A DNA stretch of 64,000 nt from Octopus vulgaris (GCA_951406725.2 OX597835.1:12152001-12216000); one strand, 5' to 3'. Positions 28,256 through 42,884 are shown, counted from the first letter of the stretch. The notes: generated from the letters alone by a model not told the origin. Numbers and translations are program-made.

Positions 28256-29239
28256 TATTATCATTTCTAAAATCCTCAAGAATTTAACTTTAACCATATC
28301 GGGAATTGATGCATGAATATAAAAGTGTTTGTTAACCTCCAAGACTTTCTAAGATTACGGTAAATCCAGGTAGAACCAATTTACAAGTATATAACTTTAC
28401 TAAACGAATGCAGACTTACCAACGCTTTACAGAACTGTCTTTTATTGTATGACATAATCAGAGATTCGACTACCGAGGCCAATAACTTGGCTCCATTTCT
28501 GTGAAGTGTAAATCTTTTAACTTACATATCAAAACGATAATTAACTCATCTGATGGATTAAAAGGATATTTCAATACACAATAAGCGAAAACTTCAAATT
28601 GTATTTTTCACATTGTATGAGTGGAATATCTAACAACGCATTTAACTTCCTAAAATGACATCGTGAAAATGTCTTAGAGACACTTTTGATCTTATTAACA
28701 CGAATAGCTTTATACGAGTAGCGTTTCTTTGTTCACGTTTGATATTCAGCCGATGTTTTAAAGTTCAGTTGTAATTGTAAATTCTGATTTCCAAAGAGCA
28801 TCAACGTACATAATTATATTTCAAAAGTGAATAGTGTGAGCGTGAGATAAAAGACATTTTGGTTTTTGAAGATTTTCATTTTCATATAAATTGGTTTTCC
28901 TTAAAAGTATATTTTTTGTTAGTTATATTTATTTTTTGTGAAGGTGCTTGCTAATGATCAGGAGTTTTATCACTGAAAAAGCGAACACGTTTATTTCAGA
29001 AAATATCCAAGTTCCATGTCATGTGATTTAACCAAGGTCTCTTCGCTCCTGACTTGTTTGCCCCTCACCGGCTCGGCAGACGATCGAATAAGTATTAGGG
29101 TTTTCAAAAATAAGTACTGGGTTCACTTCTTCGACTAAACACTTCATGTGGTGTTCTAGAATGTCCGTAGTCCAATGGTTGAAACAAAAGATAAAAGACA
29201 CCTACGCACATACACACACACATATATTCTATTTATTTA

Positions 29240-29766
29240 TTCTTTCACTTGTTTCAGTCATTTGACTGTGGCCATGCTGGAGCACCACCTTTAGTCGAAT
29301 AAATCGACTCCAGGACATATTCTTTGTAAGCTTGATACTTATTCTAACGGTTTCTGTAGCCGAACTGCTAATTTACGGGGACGTAAACACACCAACATCG
29401 GTGTTCAAGCGATAGTGGGGGACAAACACTGAAACACAAACATATATATGTAAAAGTAAAAAAATATACAAACTGAGACAAGAACGTGAAACATTTAGAA
29501 GACGACACAAAAAACACGGACGGGACTTTCGAAGCCCTCAGTCATCAGTCAAGAACCAGATCATCGCAATTTCGGCTGATTAATCTTGATATATATATAT
29601 ATTCGATGGGCTTATTTCAGTTTCTGTGTAACAAATCCACTAACAAGGCTTTGGTTGGCCCGAGGCTATAAGTAGACGATACTTGCCGAAGGTGCCACGC
29701 AGTGGGACCGAACCCAGAACCATGTGGTTGGGAAGCATGCTTCTTACCACACAGCCACGCCTGCCC
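29240..29766 (-). mobile_element. family-B SINE with a nested insertion in its internal (TA)n
   Basis: Both SINE halves are present and 29455-29590 is foreign sequence homologous to 13170-13300. Confidence 0.88.
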
Positions 29767-29883
29767 CTATAAAAGTGTGAGATACTTACACCACCTGTAT
29801 ATATATTATATATATATATATATATATTTATATAATTATTTATATATATATTTAATTATTTATATATATATACAGAGAGAGAG

Positions 29884-29930
<47 letters not shown>

Positions 29931-30872
29931 AAAGAAAGAAAGAAAGAAAGAGAGAAAGAAAAAAAGAAAGAGATACAATTTCTTGAAGCACGGTCAAGAT
30001 GTCGACGACTAAAGAAGCAACCCTACTAAGCCTGCTTGGCAAGAACGTTGGTTTTGTTGGAAACCTTTCAGGACAGAGAATAAAACCAGTGAAAGAATGG
30101 ATGAATTCAGGAAAGTCAAGTCAACTGCCTGCCATCCAACAGCTGTGAGAGACCCTTGACCTTTGATTGAACCTCTGTCTTGGATAAGGTCTAAACTCTG
30201 GTCTAATTAATACCTGAGGCCTAGATTTCATCAAATGATGTAGACAAGTTCTTTCTGGGCACATGAATATGTTGTTTAGGAAGTGAAATTGGGCCTGTGC
30301 AAAGCCTCCACTTACTTTAAGCCTTAATGACAAGCATCACTTAATGCTTAACAGCTTCCCTTTGTATTGCTTACTATGGCTGGCCGTAGCCGCAAACAAC
30401 AAAACATTCAATGAAAAATTCCGTGACTGGATAAAAGCAACTGGCAACGTGGGTTGTAAGGTCTCTGAACCCCTTTTGCAAGAGGTGCCCACCTTTACCA
30501 CATAGGTACAAGAGAGTATAGGTCCCTTAAAGGACTGAAAGGTCGCATCCGTGCTGTTCGTGTTTAAGGGAACTCTGTCAAGCGATAGCACTGGTCGAAA
30601 TCGTGTTGCAGCCATTTGTGTATGTCAATATGCATGTCTGTGTCTGAGTGTTGTGGGTTTATGTGGACATTTATGTTTGTGTATATATATATATATATAT
30701 ATATGTTTGTGTATATATATATATATATATATATACGTATGTATGTATATATATGCATACATATATATGTATATATGTGTGTGTGTGTGTGTATATATAT
30801 ATATGTATATGTATTTATATATATATATATATATATATGCATAGATATATATATACACGCAATATATGTGTA

Positions 30873-30920
<48 letters not shown>

Positions 30921-30955
30921 GGATTTATATGTGTATATATATACACGTATTTATA

Positions 30956-31000
<45 letters not shown>

Positions 31001-31003
<3 letters not shown>

Positions 31004-31321
31004 GAAAATACCACCTTTTATCAATTCAAAATGAACAATTAAATTACACCATCTAGAAAATTACATATAATAGAAATATTAAAAATAAAATAGCAATAAC
31101 ATACCAATGATTAAGTAAATTGCAAAATAATAATAAAACCGTATGTATTTGGTAGAATTTATTTTTATTTTTATTTTTATTTTTTATTATTATTTTGCAA
31201 TTTACTTAATCATTGGTATATTATTATTATTTTATTTTTAATATTTCTATTATATGTAATTTTCTAGATGGTGTAATTTAATTGTTCATTTTGAATTGAT
31301 AAAAGGTGTTTTTTTTTCTAA
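31001..31321. repeat. ~138-bp inverted repeat embedded in (TA)n
   Basis: 31001-31138 is the near-perfect reverse complement of 31182-31321. Confidence 0.93.
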
Positions 31322-31412
31322 TTTTAATATATGTATATTAAATTTTGCGAAATCTGATTTAGTATTTCTAAATTGAATTTTTCCCTGTAAGTTAGGAATA
31401 ATATTCCCTCAA

Positions 31413-31469
<57 letters not shown>

Positions 31470-31524
31470 TATTTGTATTATATGAATTAGCCCTGTTTAT
31501 ATATATCTACTATATAGGTTACGC

Positions 31525-31585
<61 letters not shown>

Positions 31586-33130
31586 TGTATGAGACAGAAC
31601 ATATTTCAGTCGCTGTGAGCAGCCTAATATTAATCACTGCCCGTCGACAAAATAAAAAAATTTCGTACCAAAACAATTTTACTGAGATCAATTGATAAGA
31701 TAGAAAACTTCTTAAAAATCTATTGTACAATATTTCTCTCTAATAGTAGGATATAGCTAATGGCGATAGACATATACAATGTAATTCATCTCACATCAGT
31801 TTATACTTGGGGCAATTGCCTTAGATGCTGTCATGCTTTATCAGCATCTTTATACAAGTTGCTTGAATAAGATGTTCATTATTTAAATTGTGAAGAATAT
31901 ATTGAGAGAATATAGATTAGCACACACAGATGAACTATTTTCCTTCCATAATTTTCACTGAAGGTACTATATATGTATGTATATACATACATACACAGAC
32001 ACACACACAAACATATATATATATATGTATATATGTGCATAGATATATAGATACATACATACATACATACATACATACATACATACATACATGGATAAAT
32101 ATAGATATATATCTTGAGATTTTATCACTAGCTACTTTGCTTATATATATATGCGTATATGCATATATATTTTTTATATGTATATATATATATATATACG
32201 TGTGTGTGTATGTATATATAATATATATATATATGTATGCATATATACTAATGTACATATACATATACTTATATGTGTGTGTGTGTGTATGTGTGTGTGT
32301 GCGCGTGTGTGTGTGTGTGTGTGTGTGTCTGTAACGGTCAAACCTCCTTCTCAATTGATGCTGATGTACAATAGAGATATTGTTTTATGCTGATAAAGGA
32401 AATAATACTACAGGAGTGGAAGTTCTACTTGTCAAATAGAAAATCTACTCGGTAAAAATATAAATAAAAGAAACGGGAAAAGTTTAACAATTCTATTATA
32501 CCGACGGCATTTCAATAACTGCATAATTTCAATCGAAATTCTTTTTATTTATTTTTTTTTTAGCCACATTCTTGCAAGTATTGTAACTTATTCACTTATA
32601 CACTTACATCGTGATGAGCATCTCTCTAAAGACAGTGCTGGGCTAAATGTGTTAATATTCAATCAAATATTTAATATTACTTTGAATAGATCTGTGAAGT
32701 AATCAGTAAGTTATAATATGTCGTGACTGCAACATGATGGTGACACACTTTCACTAGTAAAAAGCAAAATACAATACCCCTGTGTTCTTCTTAAATGCAA
32801 CGATTTTATTAGATATCTGAGAATATGAATGTGTGTGTGCATATATCGGTTATCTCCTTCCTTCTTTCTTTTGTTTGTAGTTTCACCTGTTCAGCCACTT
32901 CTGCTACAATGCCTAACCTCCATGTATTAATATTCAATACTTCTTCTTGTCCTCTTTGAAATCGTTATCATTTCGGTTAACTCTTCCTTTCTATCTTTCG
33001 CTCCCAATGTGTATGAATATATTTCTATAGTCCAACCAGCTTTCTTTTTTCTTTATTTTATTTTCTTTTTTTTTTTCTTCTTTCTCCCAACCATTTTCTC
33101 TCATTTATTCTCCTCCTTGTTTACTATATA

Positions 33131-33165
33131 TTTTACTGATGAAGAACCTGCGTCCAAAACGTCTT
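33131..33165 (+). ncRNA. degenerate minimal hammerhead (G12A)
   Basis: CTGATGA-A-GAAC(CTGC)GTCC-AAAA-CGTC after a pyrimidine-rich leader. Stem I is lost. Confidence 0.5.
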
Positions 33166-33849
33166 TACATGCATTAAACTAATGCAACATTTGTTAAAAC
33201 TTCCCCCCTTGCGTTGTCTTCTGTGTTCATTGTCTTCATAATATACGCATACATATATTACGTGTGTGAATCTATATGTATACTTGTATATGTCTGTATA
33301 TATGAGTGTATGTAGATGTAGTTACGTGTTTGTTTATATATATATATATATATATACCTCTCTCTCTCCTTCCACGTGACCAGTATTCCGCCTCTTTCTT
33401 GGTTCGACTACCATCCGTGTACCATCTCTTATATTCCTTTCCATGCTTCTCATCTCTTATGTTCCTGCTGTAAGGCTTTACTTCCACACACGCCTGCTTA
33501 ATTTAATTCGTCCTCACTCGAAAGACACCTGTTGTTAATGTCCTGTTGCTTCTATTTGTAATTGTGTACTATTTCTCGTTTTTTTTTCTTCCTTGTTTTT
33601 GTATACATTCACTTGCTTTCTTCCAAAGAATCTAGTGCTCTTAGTTTAGATTTTCTTCGGGCCGGCCAGATTGGTCAGTCTTGAGTGTAACCGGCAGAAA
33701 CTGCAACGACTATCTGGAACTCGACTGACGATAGAAAGCTCCGAATGACTCTTCCTTGTTTTTTTTTTCCTGTCCTTTTTTGTATAGTCTAACTGTCCGG
33801 ATGTCTTGTTGTAGCCTGTTTCGTTCTTGTTCCATTTTTTGTTCTTTTT

Positions 33850-34556
33850 TCGGATTGGGGGGCAATCAGAAAGTCCTTCATCGACTGGTCTTTCACTCTC
33901 AGTTCCACTAACATTGAGACCGCATGGCAGAACTTGGAGAACATTGTCACCTATACATGCTCAAAACACGCTTCTATGAAATCCACTAGCACAAACACAA
34001 ACCAGCTCCCTAAAAAGAAAAGTACACTCATGAGGCGCATCAAAAGACTCAATAGAATGTTCAACCATTTAAAATACTCCCACATACAACATCCACATTC
34101 AACAACAATGAAAAGGTTGGAGCTGGAAAAGCTTCATCTGCAGACCGACATGAAAACCTCCATTGAAAATCAAAGAGCTGCAGAGGAACAATGGGTAATC
34201 AAAAACATTAAACAGAACCCAAAAGTGTTCTATTCTTATGCAAATAAGCATAGAACCGCTGTCTCACCCATTGGGCCATTGATCGATGATAACAGCATTC
34301 CCCAACACGATGCTAAAGAAATGGCAGAAGTACTGCAGAGACAATATTGCTCTGTCTTTAGTGATCCCACTGATATTGAAGTAAGAGAAGCGAACGAAGT
34401 TGATTCCCAACTCGGACCTCATAGCAGCAATAAATGAGGTCAAATACTATTCTGCTGTGGGCCCTGAAAGATTCCCCGCTAGTTTCCTACAAGAATGTAG
34501 ACACCAACTTGCAGTCCCTCTGACCAATCCCTGGAGGAATTCTTTAGACTCAGGTT
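33850..34556 (+). pseudogene. CR1-group LINE ORF2 remnant
   Basis: IKQNPKVFYSYA...IGPLID...AEVLQRQYCSVFS...SAVGPERFPASFLQEC..LAVPL. Confidence 0.88.
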
Positions 34557-34664
34557 ATAAAGTTTCCACGCAGTGGGACTAAACCCGAAACTATGTTGTT
34601 TGGAACCAAGATTTTACCACACTGCCATTTCTGTGCCTATATATATATATACATGTGTGTGTGC

Positions 34665-34744
<80 letters not shown>

Positions 34745-35308
34745 GTGGGGGAGAAAAGGAGCATCGTTGTGTATGTTATTGTTTATAAGATTTGAAAGAG
34801 AGCACTCTTTCTGCTTAATACGCTTATGACTCAATCCATTCTACATAATCCCATTGAATTCTGATTATATAAACGCATGGTTCTATTTGCTTCGATTAGT
34901 CTGCATTCACTTTCGCTTTGGTTTATATAACAACACACAAAAGAAAAATAGAAAATACAGACTGTAGACTCGTAATTAGCATTTCATATAAATTTCCCAG
35001 TACAATGAAGTTTATGGTGAATTTAAAACAAAATCTAAATTGAATTTACTATTTCGCTGTATATTTATTTCGAACACTAATCGAGTTAGTATGAAGACTT
35101 TGACCTTTAGGTGATCAGAGATTTTCTATGAAAGGGAGATTAATCCCATCAATTTGAGTCGTGATTGAATATCGTTTAAGTTGACCCCGGCATTCGAAGG
35201 AAGAAAGACAAGATCGATAGCAAGAACATTTGAACTCACATTGTAAATGATTGTAACTTGATACTCCAGGATCTGTTGATGAAATTTCCAAATTTGAATT
35301 AAATACAT

Positions 35309-35726
35309 GCGCAGGAGTGGCTGTTTGGTAAGTAGCTTGCTAACCAACCACATGGTTCCGGGTTCAGTCCCACTGCGTGGCATCTTGGGCAAGTGTCTTC
35401 TGCTATAGCCCCGGGCAGACCAATGCCTTGTGAGTGGATTTGGTAGACGGAAACTGAAAGAAGCCTGTCGTATATATGTATATATATATAAGTGTGTGTG
35501 AATATGTTTGTGTGTCTGTGTTTGTTCCCCCTAGCATTGCTTGACAACCGATGCTGGTGTGTTTACGTCCCCGTCAATTAGCGGTTCGGCAAAAGAGACC
35601 GATAGAATAAGTACTGGGCTTACAAAGAATAAGTACCGGGGTCGAGTTGCTCGACTAAAGGCGGTGCTCCAGCATGGCCGCAGTCAAATGACTGAAACAA
35701 GTAAAAAGAGTAAAAAAGAGAGAGTA
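35309..35726 (+). mobile_element. family-B SINE, full length
   Basis: Match to other family-B copies. Confidence 0.94.
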
Positions 35727-36639
35727 TGCGAAAATTCCAGTTTTTCATCCTTCTTCTCTCTTTCTTCAAGTTTTATTTTAAATTTTTAGTTAAAATTCTC
35801 GCCACTCCGTCTTCATGCTCCATCTTCTGTTCCCCCACCTACGTCCCCTCCGCCTCCGCTTCTTTATTATCCTTCTCATCTATTATTCAGATTCAATTTT
35901 TCTCCATTGCCACCGTTTGCCATTCCTTTACTTTCCTCATATCTCCAGATAGTTATAGCCCAACTGCGTCTGAACACCATTTTTATAGTTACCATCTATC
36001 TTATTCCCAACCAAGTTCAGCTTCACACGTGACTTTTCTAGCATTATCACCGCTACCACCGTCGGCATTCGTGAATCAACACCGTCTCCAACACTAAAAG
36101 AAACCAAAGACATCTCTAATAATATCCAATAATATTCAATAAAAAAAAATTGCGTGTTCCTTGTTCTTTCTTCGCCTAAAGAATAAAAATAACGACTAAA
36201 AACAACATGCCATGTATCGATCTAGCAACAATAAAATAGGAGAAACGTAATAAATATATCAACAGGTCACATTCGACGGGAATAATGGGGAAAACCGATC
36301 AGATGGCGCCAGCTTGGGTTCCCTTCTGACTTGTTACAATGTATTTGGGTAAAAGGTTTTTGCAACATTAAATTGAGGAATTATTACAATAACGTTTCGA
36401 AGTTTTTGCATCGACGTTATCATAATCATAATCATCGTCATCGTAATCCTCGTCATCATTATCGTCGTCGTCGTCGTCGTCGTTGTCGTCGTCGTCATCA
36501 TCAACAAAAACAACAACAAATGCATTTATTTTCCAGTTCTGTCATAAAAATTAGGCTACATAATAATAACAAAAAGACGGGGAGAAGGGGGAAGAGAGAA
36601 AAGGAGGGGGGTGAGGAGAAGGGGAGTGCGGAGGGAAGG

Positions 36640-36677
36640 AGGAGAAGAAGAAGAAGAAGAAGAAGAAGAAGAAGAAG

Positions 36678-36708
<31 letters not shown>

Positions 36709-36745
36709 GGAACAAGAAAATGAAGAAGAAGTGGAACAAGAAAAT

Positions 36746-36780
<35 letters not shown>

Positions 36781-36800
36781 AGAAGGAGAAGAAGAAGAAG

Positions 36801-36831
<31 letters not shown>

Positions 36832-36836
36832 GGAAC

Positions 36837-36867
<31 letters not shown>

Positions 36868-36904
36868 GGAACAAGAAAATGAAGAAGAAGTGGAACAAGA
36901 AAAT

Positions 36905-36939
<35 letters not shown>

Positions 36940-36968
36940 AGAAAAAGAAGAAGAAGAAGAAGAAGAAG

Positions 36969-36999
<31 letters not shown>

Positions 37000-37154
37000 G
37001 GAGCAAGAAGAAGAAGAAGAAGAAGAAGTGGAACAAGAAAATGAAGAAGAAGTGGAACAAGAAAATGAAGAAGAAGAGGAAGGAAGAAGAAGAAGAAGAA
37101 GAAGAAGAAGAAGAAGAAAAGAAGAAGAAGAAGAAGAAGAAGAAGAAGAAGAAG

Positions 37155-37185
<31 letters not shown>

Positions 37186-37243
37186 GGAGCAAGAAGAAGA
37201 AGAAGAAGAAGAAGAAGAAGAACAACAACAACAACAACAACAA
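36640..37243. repeat. (GAA)n array with higher-order GTGGAACAAGAAAAT units
   Basis: Direct reading. Confidence 0.97.
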
Positions 37244-37339
37244 CTCGGAAAGTAAAGTAAGAGGAAACGGTGTGAAGCATTTTTCCCGACGCCATAACAA
37301 TTCTGCCGGCTCACCGTTTCTTTTCTTTTTCCTGTACGC

Positions 37340-37816
37340 ACAAAGCCTGCAATTTCGGGGGAGGTTTTAAGTCGATTAGGATGAAAGGATGAAAGGCGAA
37401 GCCGACCTCAGCAGAATTTGAACTCGGATGGTAAAAACGTATGAAATGCAGCTAGGCACTTGGCGATAACTATTAATATCTATTTCTTTATTACCCACAA
37501 GGGGCTAAACACAGAGGGGACAAACAAGGACAGACAAACGGATTAAGTCGATTACATCGACTCCAGTGCGTAACTGGTACTTATTTAATCGACCCCGAAA
37601 GGATGAAAGGCAAAGTCGACCTCAGCAGAATTTGAACCTAGAACGTAAAGACAGATGATATACCTATTTCTTTATTACCCACAAGAGGCTAAACACAGAG
37701 GGGACAAACAAGGACAGACAAATGGATTAAGTCGATTACATCGACTCCAGTGCGTAACTGGTACTTATTTAATCGACCCCGAAAGGATGAAAGGCAAAAT
37801 CGACCTCGGCGGAATT
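37340..37816 (-). mobile_element. tandem family-A SINE units
   Basis: The body CTATTTCTTTATTACCCACAAG...GACCTC is repeated at ~37480-37650 and ~37663-37816, with an older piece at 37340-37465. Confidence 0.9.
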
Positions 37817-38806
37817 CCAGTACTGCTGCCATAGTCTCCTTTAGAGAGACTTAAAAATATTAATATTTCTATAGGTGGGATTGGTTGGAGAAAAGAACCC
37901 TTAAAATAGAGACCAAGAGCACTATTCTGGCAGCGCAAGACCAGGCTTTGGCGACGAACTAGCGGTGAACCTTAGGAAAGAGTAAGTGGCTCCGCTGTAT
38001 CGCATCTGTAATAGAGCGGACGAAACCATTGCAACGATCAGGTAGCGAAAGTGCTACATTGGAAACCATTAAAAGTGGTGGCCACATAGAGGCAAGGCGT
38101 GGTATGTGCACGAACCGCGGAGAGTGACGGAGATGGTGACCTGAAAAGTCCTGGAATTTCCGAATCCAAACAGATCAGGTGCTAGAGCATAACAGACATA
38201 TGTGCCCGTGTGGGGGGTGGTTGTATGTGTGTGTATGTGTGTGCATACACGTGTGTGCATATATGCGTACCTTCTTTGACAATAGAAATACATACGTGTA
38301 TACGTGTATACATATAAATATGAATACATATGCATACAAACATATACATATACGTGCGAGTGTGCGAGTGTGCATGCGTGTGCGCGCGTGCGTGTGTGTG
38401 CGTGCGTGCGTGCGTGCGTGCGTGCGTGTGTGTGTGCATGCGTGCGTGTGTGTGTGTGTGAGTGTGTATGTGTGTGTTTGTGTGTATGTGTGTGTGTGGT
38501 GATTGCTGCATCTTCACAGATGATTGGCGTCTCCTTGTACTTCTTCATTGTCAATGACATTTCTAATATCCATGACCTCCCAGACGACAATCCAATCCAG
38601 TTGCAGAACTACAACAGAACTGAAAAACCAAAACCTGTTGGTGGTGGAAAGCTGCAGATGAAGAACAAAACAAAAATTTTGAAGTCAAGGAAGGCGAGGA
38701 GGAAACCTACGTCGCCGACAAAAGTTGTAACTCACTGAGCATTTCCAACAGATTAGGTCTGTCCACGTTGCTAGTCTTCCTTCACCATTGGACTATTTAA
38801 CAGATG

Positions 38807-39189
38807 TGGAGGCGCAATGGCCCAGTGGTTAGGGCAGCGGACTCGCGGTCATAGGATCGCGGTTTCGATTCCCAGACCGGGCGTTGTGAGTGTTTATTGA
38901 GCGAAAACACCTAAAAGTTCCACGAGGCTCCGGCAGGGATGGTGGTGATCCCTACTGTACTCTTTCACCACAACTTTCTCTCACTCTTACTTCCTGTTTC
39001 TGTTGTACCTGTATTTCAAGGGGCCGGCCTTGTCACTCTCTGTGTCACGCTGAATATCCCCGAGAACTACGTTAAGGGTGCACGTGTCTGTGGAGTGCTC
39101 AACCACTTACACGTTAATTTCACGAGCAGGCTGTTCTGTTGATTCGGATCAACCGGAACCCTCATCGTCGTAACCGACGGAGTGCTTCC
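38807..39189 (+). mobile_element. family-C SINE, full length, 12-bp TSD
   Basis: TSD ATTTAACAGATG at 38795-38806 and 39190-39201. Confidence 0.96.
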
Positions 39190-39635
39190 ATTTAACAGAT
39201 GGAGTGACAAATGAGGTCACCATAAAGCGACATCTGTATGTCATTGGATTATAGTGATAAAGACTTGTACAACATGAGTACCACTCTTGGAGTCTCCGTG
39301 GTCAGTACCTATTGACCGGCCAAAGTGAGATGACCAGTAATCATGTGAAACCACAGGTTTTACATAAGTGCACCCCTTTCCAAGAAGGATGTTATGACAA
39401 CAGCTAAGGGTGTCTCAGTTCCGGTGATTGACACCAACCAAGGATATCTCTTTGTCTTCGTGCTCACATGGATGGTCATCACATATGCTGCTTAACCGAT
39501 ATTTGGCAGCCTCTCAGGTCAGAACAGACTTGGGAACAATATTGGCTCAGAGAGTTCCACACTCCTCAAAATCCTGGAACTTCCGAACTTCCGGAGGCAG
39601 TCAGAAGTCATACTCAGAACATATCTACATTTACA

Positions 39636-39897
39636 TGCATATATACACACACACACATACATACATATATACATACATGCATGCATGCATGCATGCATAC
39701 ATACATACATACATACATACATATTAACATGCATGCATGCATACATACATACATGCATGCATGCATGCATGCATACATACATACATACATACATGCATGC
39801 ATGCTTGCATATATACTTACATACATGCAAGCATACGTACATACATACATACATACATACATACATACATACATACATACATACATACATACATACA

Positions 39898-39931
<34 letters not shown>

Positions 39932-39935
39932 CACA
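39636..39935. repeat. (TACA)n/(TGCA)n array
   Basis: Direct reading. Confidence 0.96.
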
Positions 39936-40511
39936 CACAAATATTCATGTATACGTCACTTGAAAACGATGGCCGGATATTAACCTCAAGAGCACAAACA
40001 TTCATTGTTTCTTTTGAAAAATGTCTGCAAAATAGTCTCATCCAGCGTAGAAACTTCCTTAGCACGCTAGAACTTACTAGACCAGATCCAACAACGAGAA
40101 CAAAATGACTTCAGAAGCAACAAAGCCCAATGGCTGTCTTTTAAGTTTCCTCTCTCTCTCTGTTGTTGGTATCCATGTTTTAATGTTTGGTTTGCTTTAT
40201 ATTATTATCTTTCTTCTTCTAAGTTGTAGTTTTTTTCATATTTTCTGAATTATTGCTTTACATTTTTTTAATTTTATTTTATTTTATTGTTTTATATCAT
40301 TCAAACGGACATACTTGCAACATGAGTGAGGAAAATAATAAGACGATAGTAATCAGACGAAAATAAAGCCAAAAACATAAAAAAACATATGTGTGTGTGT
40401 GTGTGTGTGTGTCTGTGTGTGTGTCTGTGTGTGTGTCTGTGTGTGTGTCTGTGTGTGTGTCTGTGTGCATGTGTCTGTGTGTGTGTGTCTGTGTGTACAT
40501 ATATATATGCA

Positions 40512-40811
40512 TATATCACCTAGATACATACATACATAAATACATGTATACATGTATACGTTCATTTACACATTCATATAGAATGATGGATTTATATATA
40601 TATAAACATATATATACAAAGGTATATATGTATATACATATGTATGTGTGTGTGGGTGGGTGTGTGGGTGTGTACATATATGTGCATACATCACCTAGAT
40701 ATATACATACATAAATACATGTATACGTTCATATACATATTCATATAGAATGATGGATTTATATATATATATAAACATATATATACAAAAGTATATATGT
40801 ATATACATATG
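40512..40811. repeat. tandem duplication, period ~175 bp
   Basis: ATCACCTAGATA...TTCATATAGAATGATGGATTTATA is present twice. Confidence 0.88.
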
Positions 40812-41458
40812 GCTGTCTGTGTGTGTATGTGTGTATGTGTGTGTGTGTACATATAGTTATATGTATGCATATACGTATAAAAAAAATACAATAGCCAAAT
40901 GACAGTTTTGGTGGAACATGACCAGTAAAATGAACAAGAGCGAAAGCATGACGGAATACAGGAAAGATTGGAATCTCGAATGAAAGACACAAACGCTAAG
41001 ATAAAAAGAGAAGAGAAAAGCTATCAGTGGTCGGAAGCTGAAGAGGAAGAAGTAAAGAAAAAAAGAATATGAACACAGGGAAAGTGAGAAGGAAGGAAGC
41101 ATACAAATGAGGAAGGAGGAGGAGGGATAAGAATTGGGGTGTGGTGAGAGGAAATAACGAAAGACGAAATGTTAAGTGAAACGAAAAACAGAAGTTTAAA
41201 CGTGTTTAAAAAACTTTCATATGTTTCTCAGTGTGTGTGTGTGTGTGTGTGTTGGTGATACTGTATGTGTGTGTGTGTGTTTATGTGTCTATGTGTTAGT
41301 GTATATATCTGCGTGTGTGTGTGTGTGTCTATGCCTGTGTGTATATGCCTCTGTGTGGGTGTGTGTGTGTGGTGATATGTCTGTGTGTGGAGACGGTCAA
41401 ATATGTATGTTGATGGGTCTACGTATATGTGTCTGTAGTAGTAGTAGTTGTAGTAGTG

Positions 41459-41523
<65 letters not shown>

Positions 41524-41579
41524 GGTGGTGGTGCAAATGTTGTTGATGTAGAAAAACAAGAAGCAGCGAGAGGAGGAGA

Positions 41580-41706
41580 CGAAAGAGAAGAAAGAAGAGG
41601 AAAAAGAAGAAGAAGAAGAAGAAGAAGAAGAAGAAAAAGAAGAAGAAAAAGAAGAAGAAGAAGAAGACAAGAAGAAGAAGAGGAAAAAGAAGAGGAAAAA
41701 GAAGAA

Positions 41707-41738
<32 letters not shown>

Positions 41739-42041
41739 AGAAAAAGAAGAAGAAAAAGAAGAAGAAGAAGAAGACAAGAAGAAGAAGAGGAAAAAGAAGA
41801 GGAAAAAGAAGAAGAAGAAGAAGAAGAAGAAGAAGAAGAAAAAGAAGAGGAAGAAGAAGAAAAAGAAGAAGAAAAAGAAGAAGAAGAAGAAGACAAGAAG
41901 AAGAAGAGGAAAAAGAAGAGGAAAAAGAAGAAGAAGAAGAAGAAGAAGAAGAAGAAGAAGAAGCAGAAGAAGAAGAAGCAGAAGAAGCAGAAGAAGAAGA
42001 AGCAGAAGAAGCAGAAGAAGAAGAAGCAGAAGAAGAAGAAG

Positions 42042-42072
<31 letters not shown>

Positions 42073-42197
42073 GGAACAAGAAGAAGAAGAAGAAGAAGAA
42101 GTGGAACAAGAAAATGAAGAAGAAGTGGAACAAGAAAATGAAGAAGAAGAGGAAGAAGCAGAAGAAGAAGAAGAAGAAGAAGATGAAGAAGAAGAAG

Positions 42198-42228
<31 letters not shown>

Positions 42229-42260
42229 GGAAGAAGAAGAAGAAGAAGAAGAAGACGACG
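41580..42260. repeat. complex (GAA)n array
   Basis: Direct reading. Confidence 0.97.
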
Positions 42261-42810
42261 ACCGACTAAATATCATGCAACGGATACATAAGAAACAACA
42301 CACAAGCCAAAACAAAACAAAAATGATAAAAACAAAACAAAAATTCAAAAATAAAAAAATAAACAAGAAGAAAAAAAAAAATCAGTTTGATGCGTAAATA
42401 AATGAAGTCCTTTATTATTTCCAGTAATAAATAATTAAAAAAATGAATTGAATATAAAGTTACATAGAACGATATGTAATGAAATCAATTGTGAAATGTC
42501 TGTTTAGCTGCTGGAAACATGTCGGATATCATGCATTGATGGAAAACGAGGTTATATGAGTACAGAACAAATTCAATAAAACATGGCGGACCCGCCTCGC
42601 TAATCAACTTCCTGCAAGGACGATCAATTAACTTTGATGGAGGGACACGAAACAGAGATACCAGAAACTGAAATATAGAACAGACATCATCAACAACACG
42701 TGTTTTCATGAACAAAAACAATCTATGTGTGTCTGTACGTATACATATATCGATAAATAGGCATATACATATATCAATAAATATATACATATATATATAT
42801 ATCAATAAAT

Positions 42811-42868
<58 letters not shown>

Positions 42869-42884
42869 GTATATAGATACATAG

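Noticed and set aside
36501-37370. Long poly-E/K/S/F ORFs (also 41221-42397, 48864-49310, 56849-57504)
   Set aside because: They are open in many frames only because trinucleotide repeats lack stops. There is no splice context or domain.
39240-39620. Possible restriction-like endonuclease remnant on the minus strand
   Set aside because: PD/E/K-like motifs are too degenerate to call.
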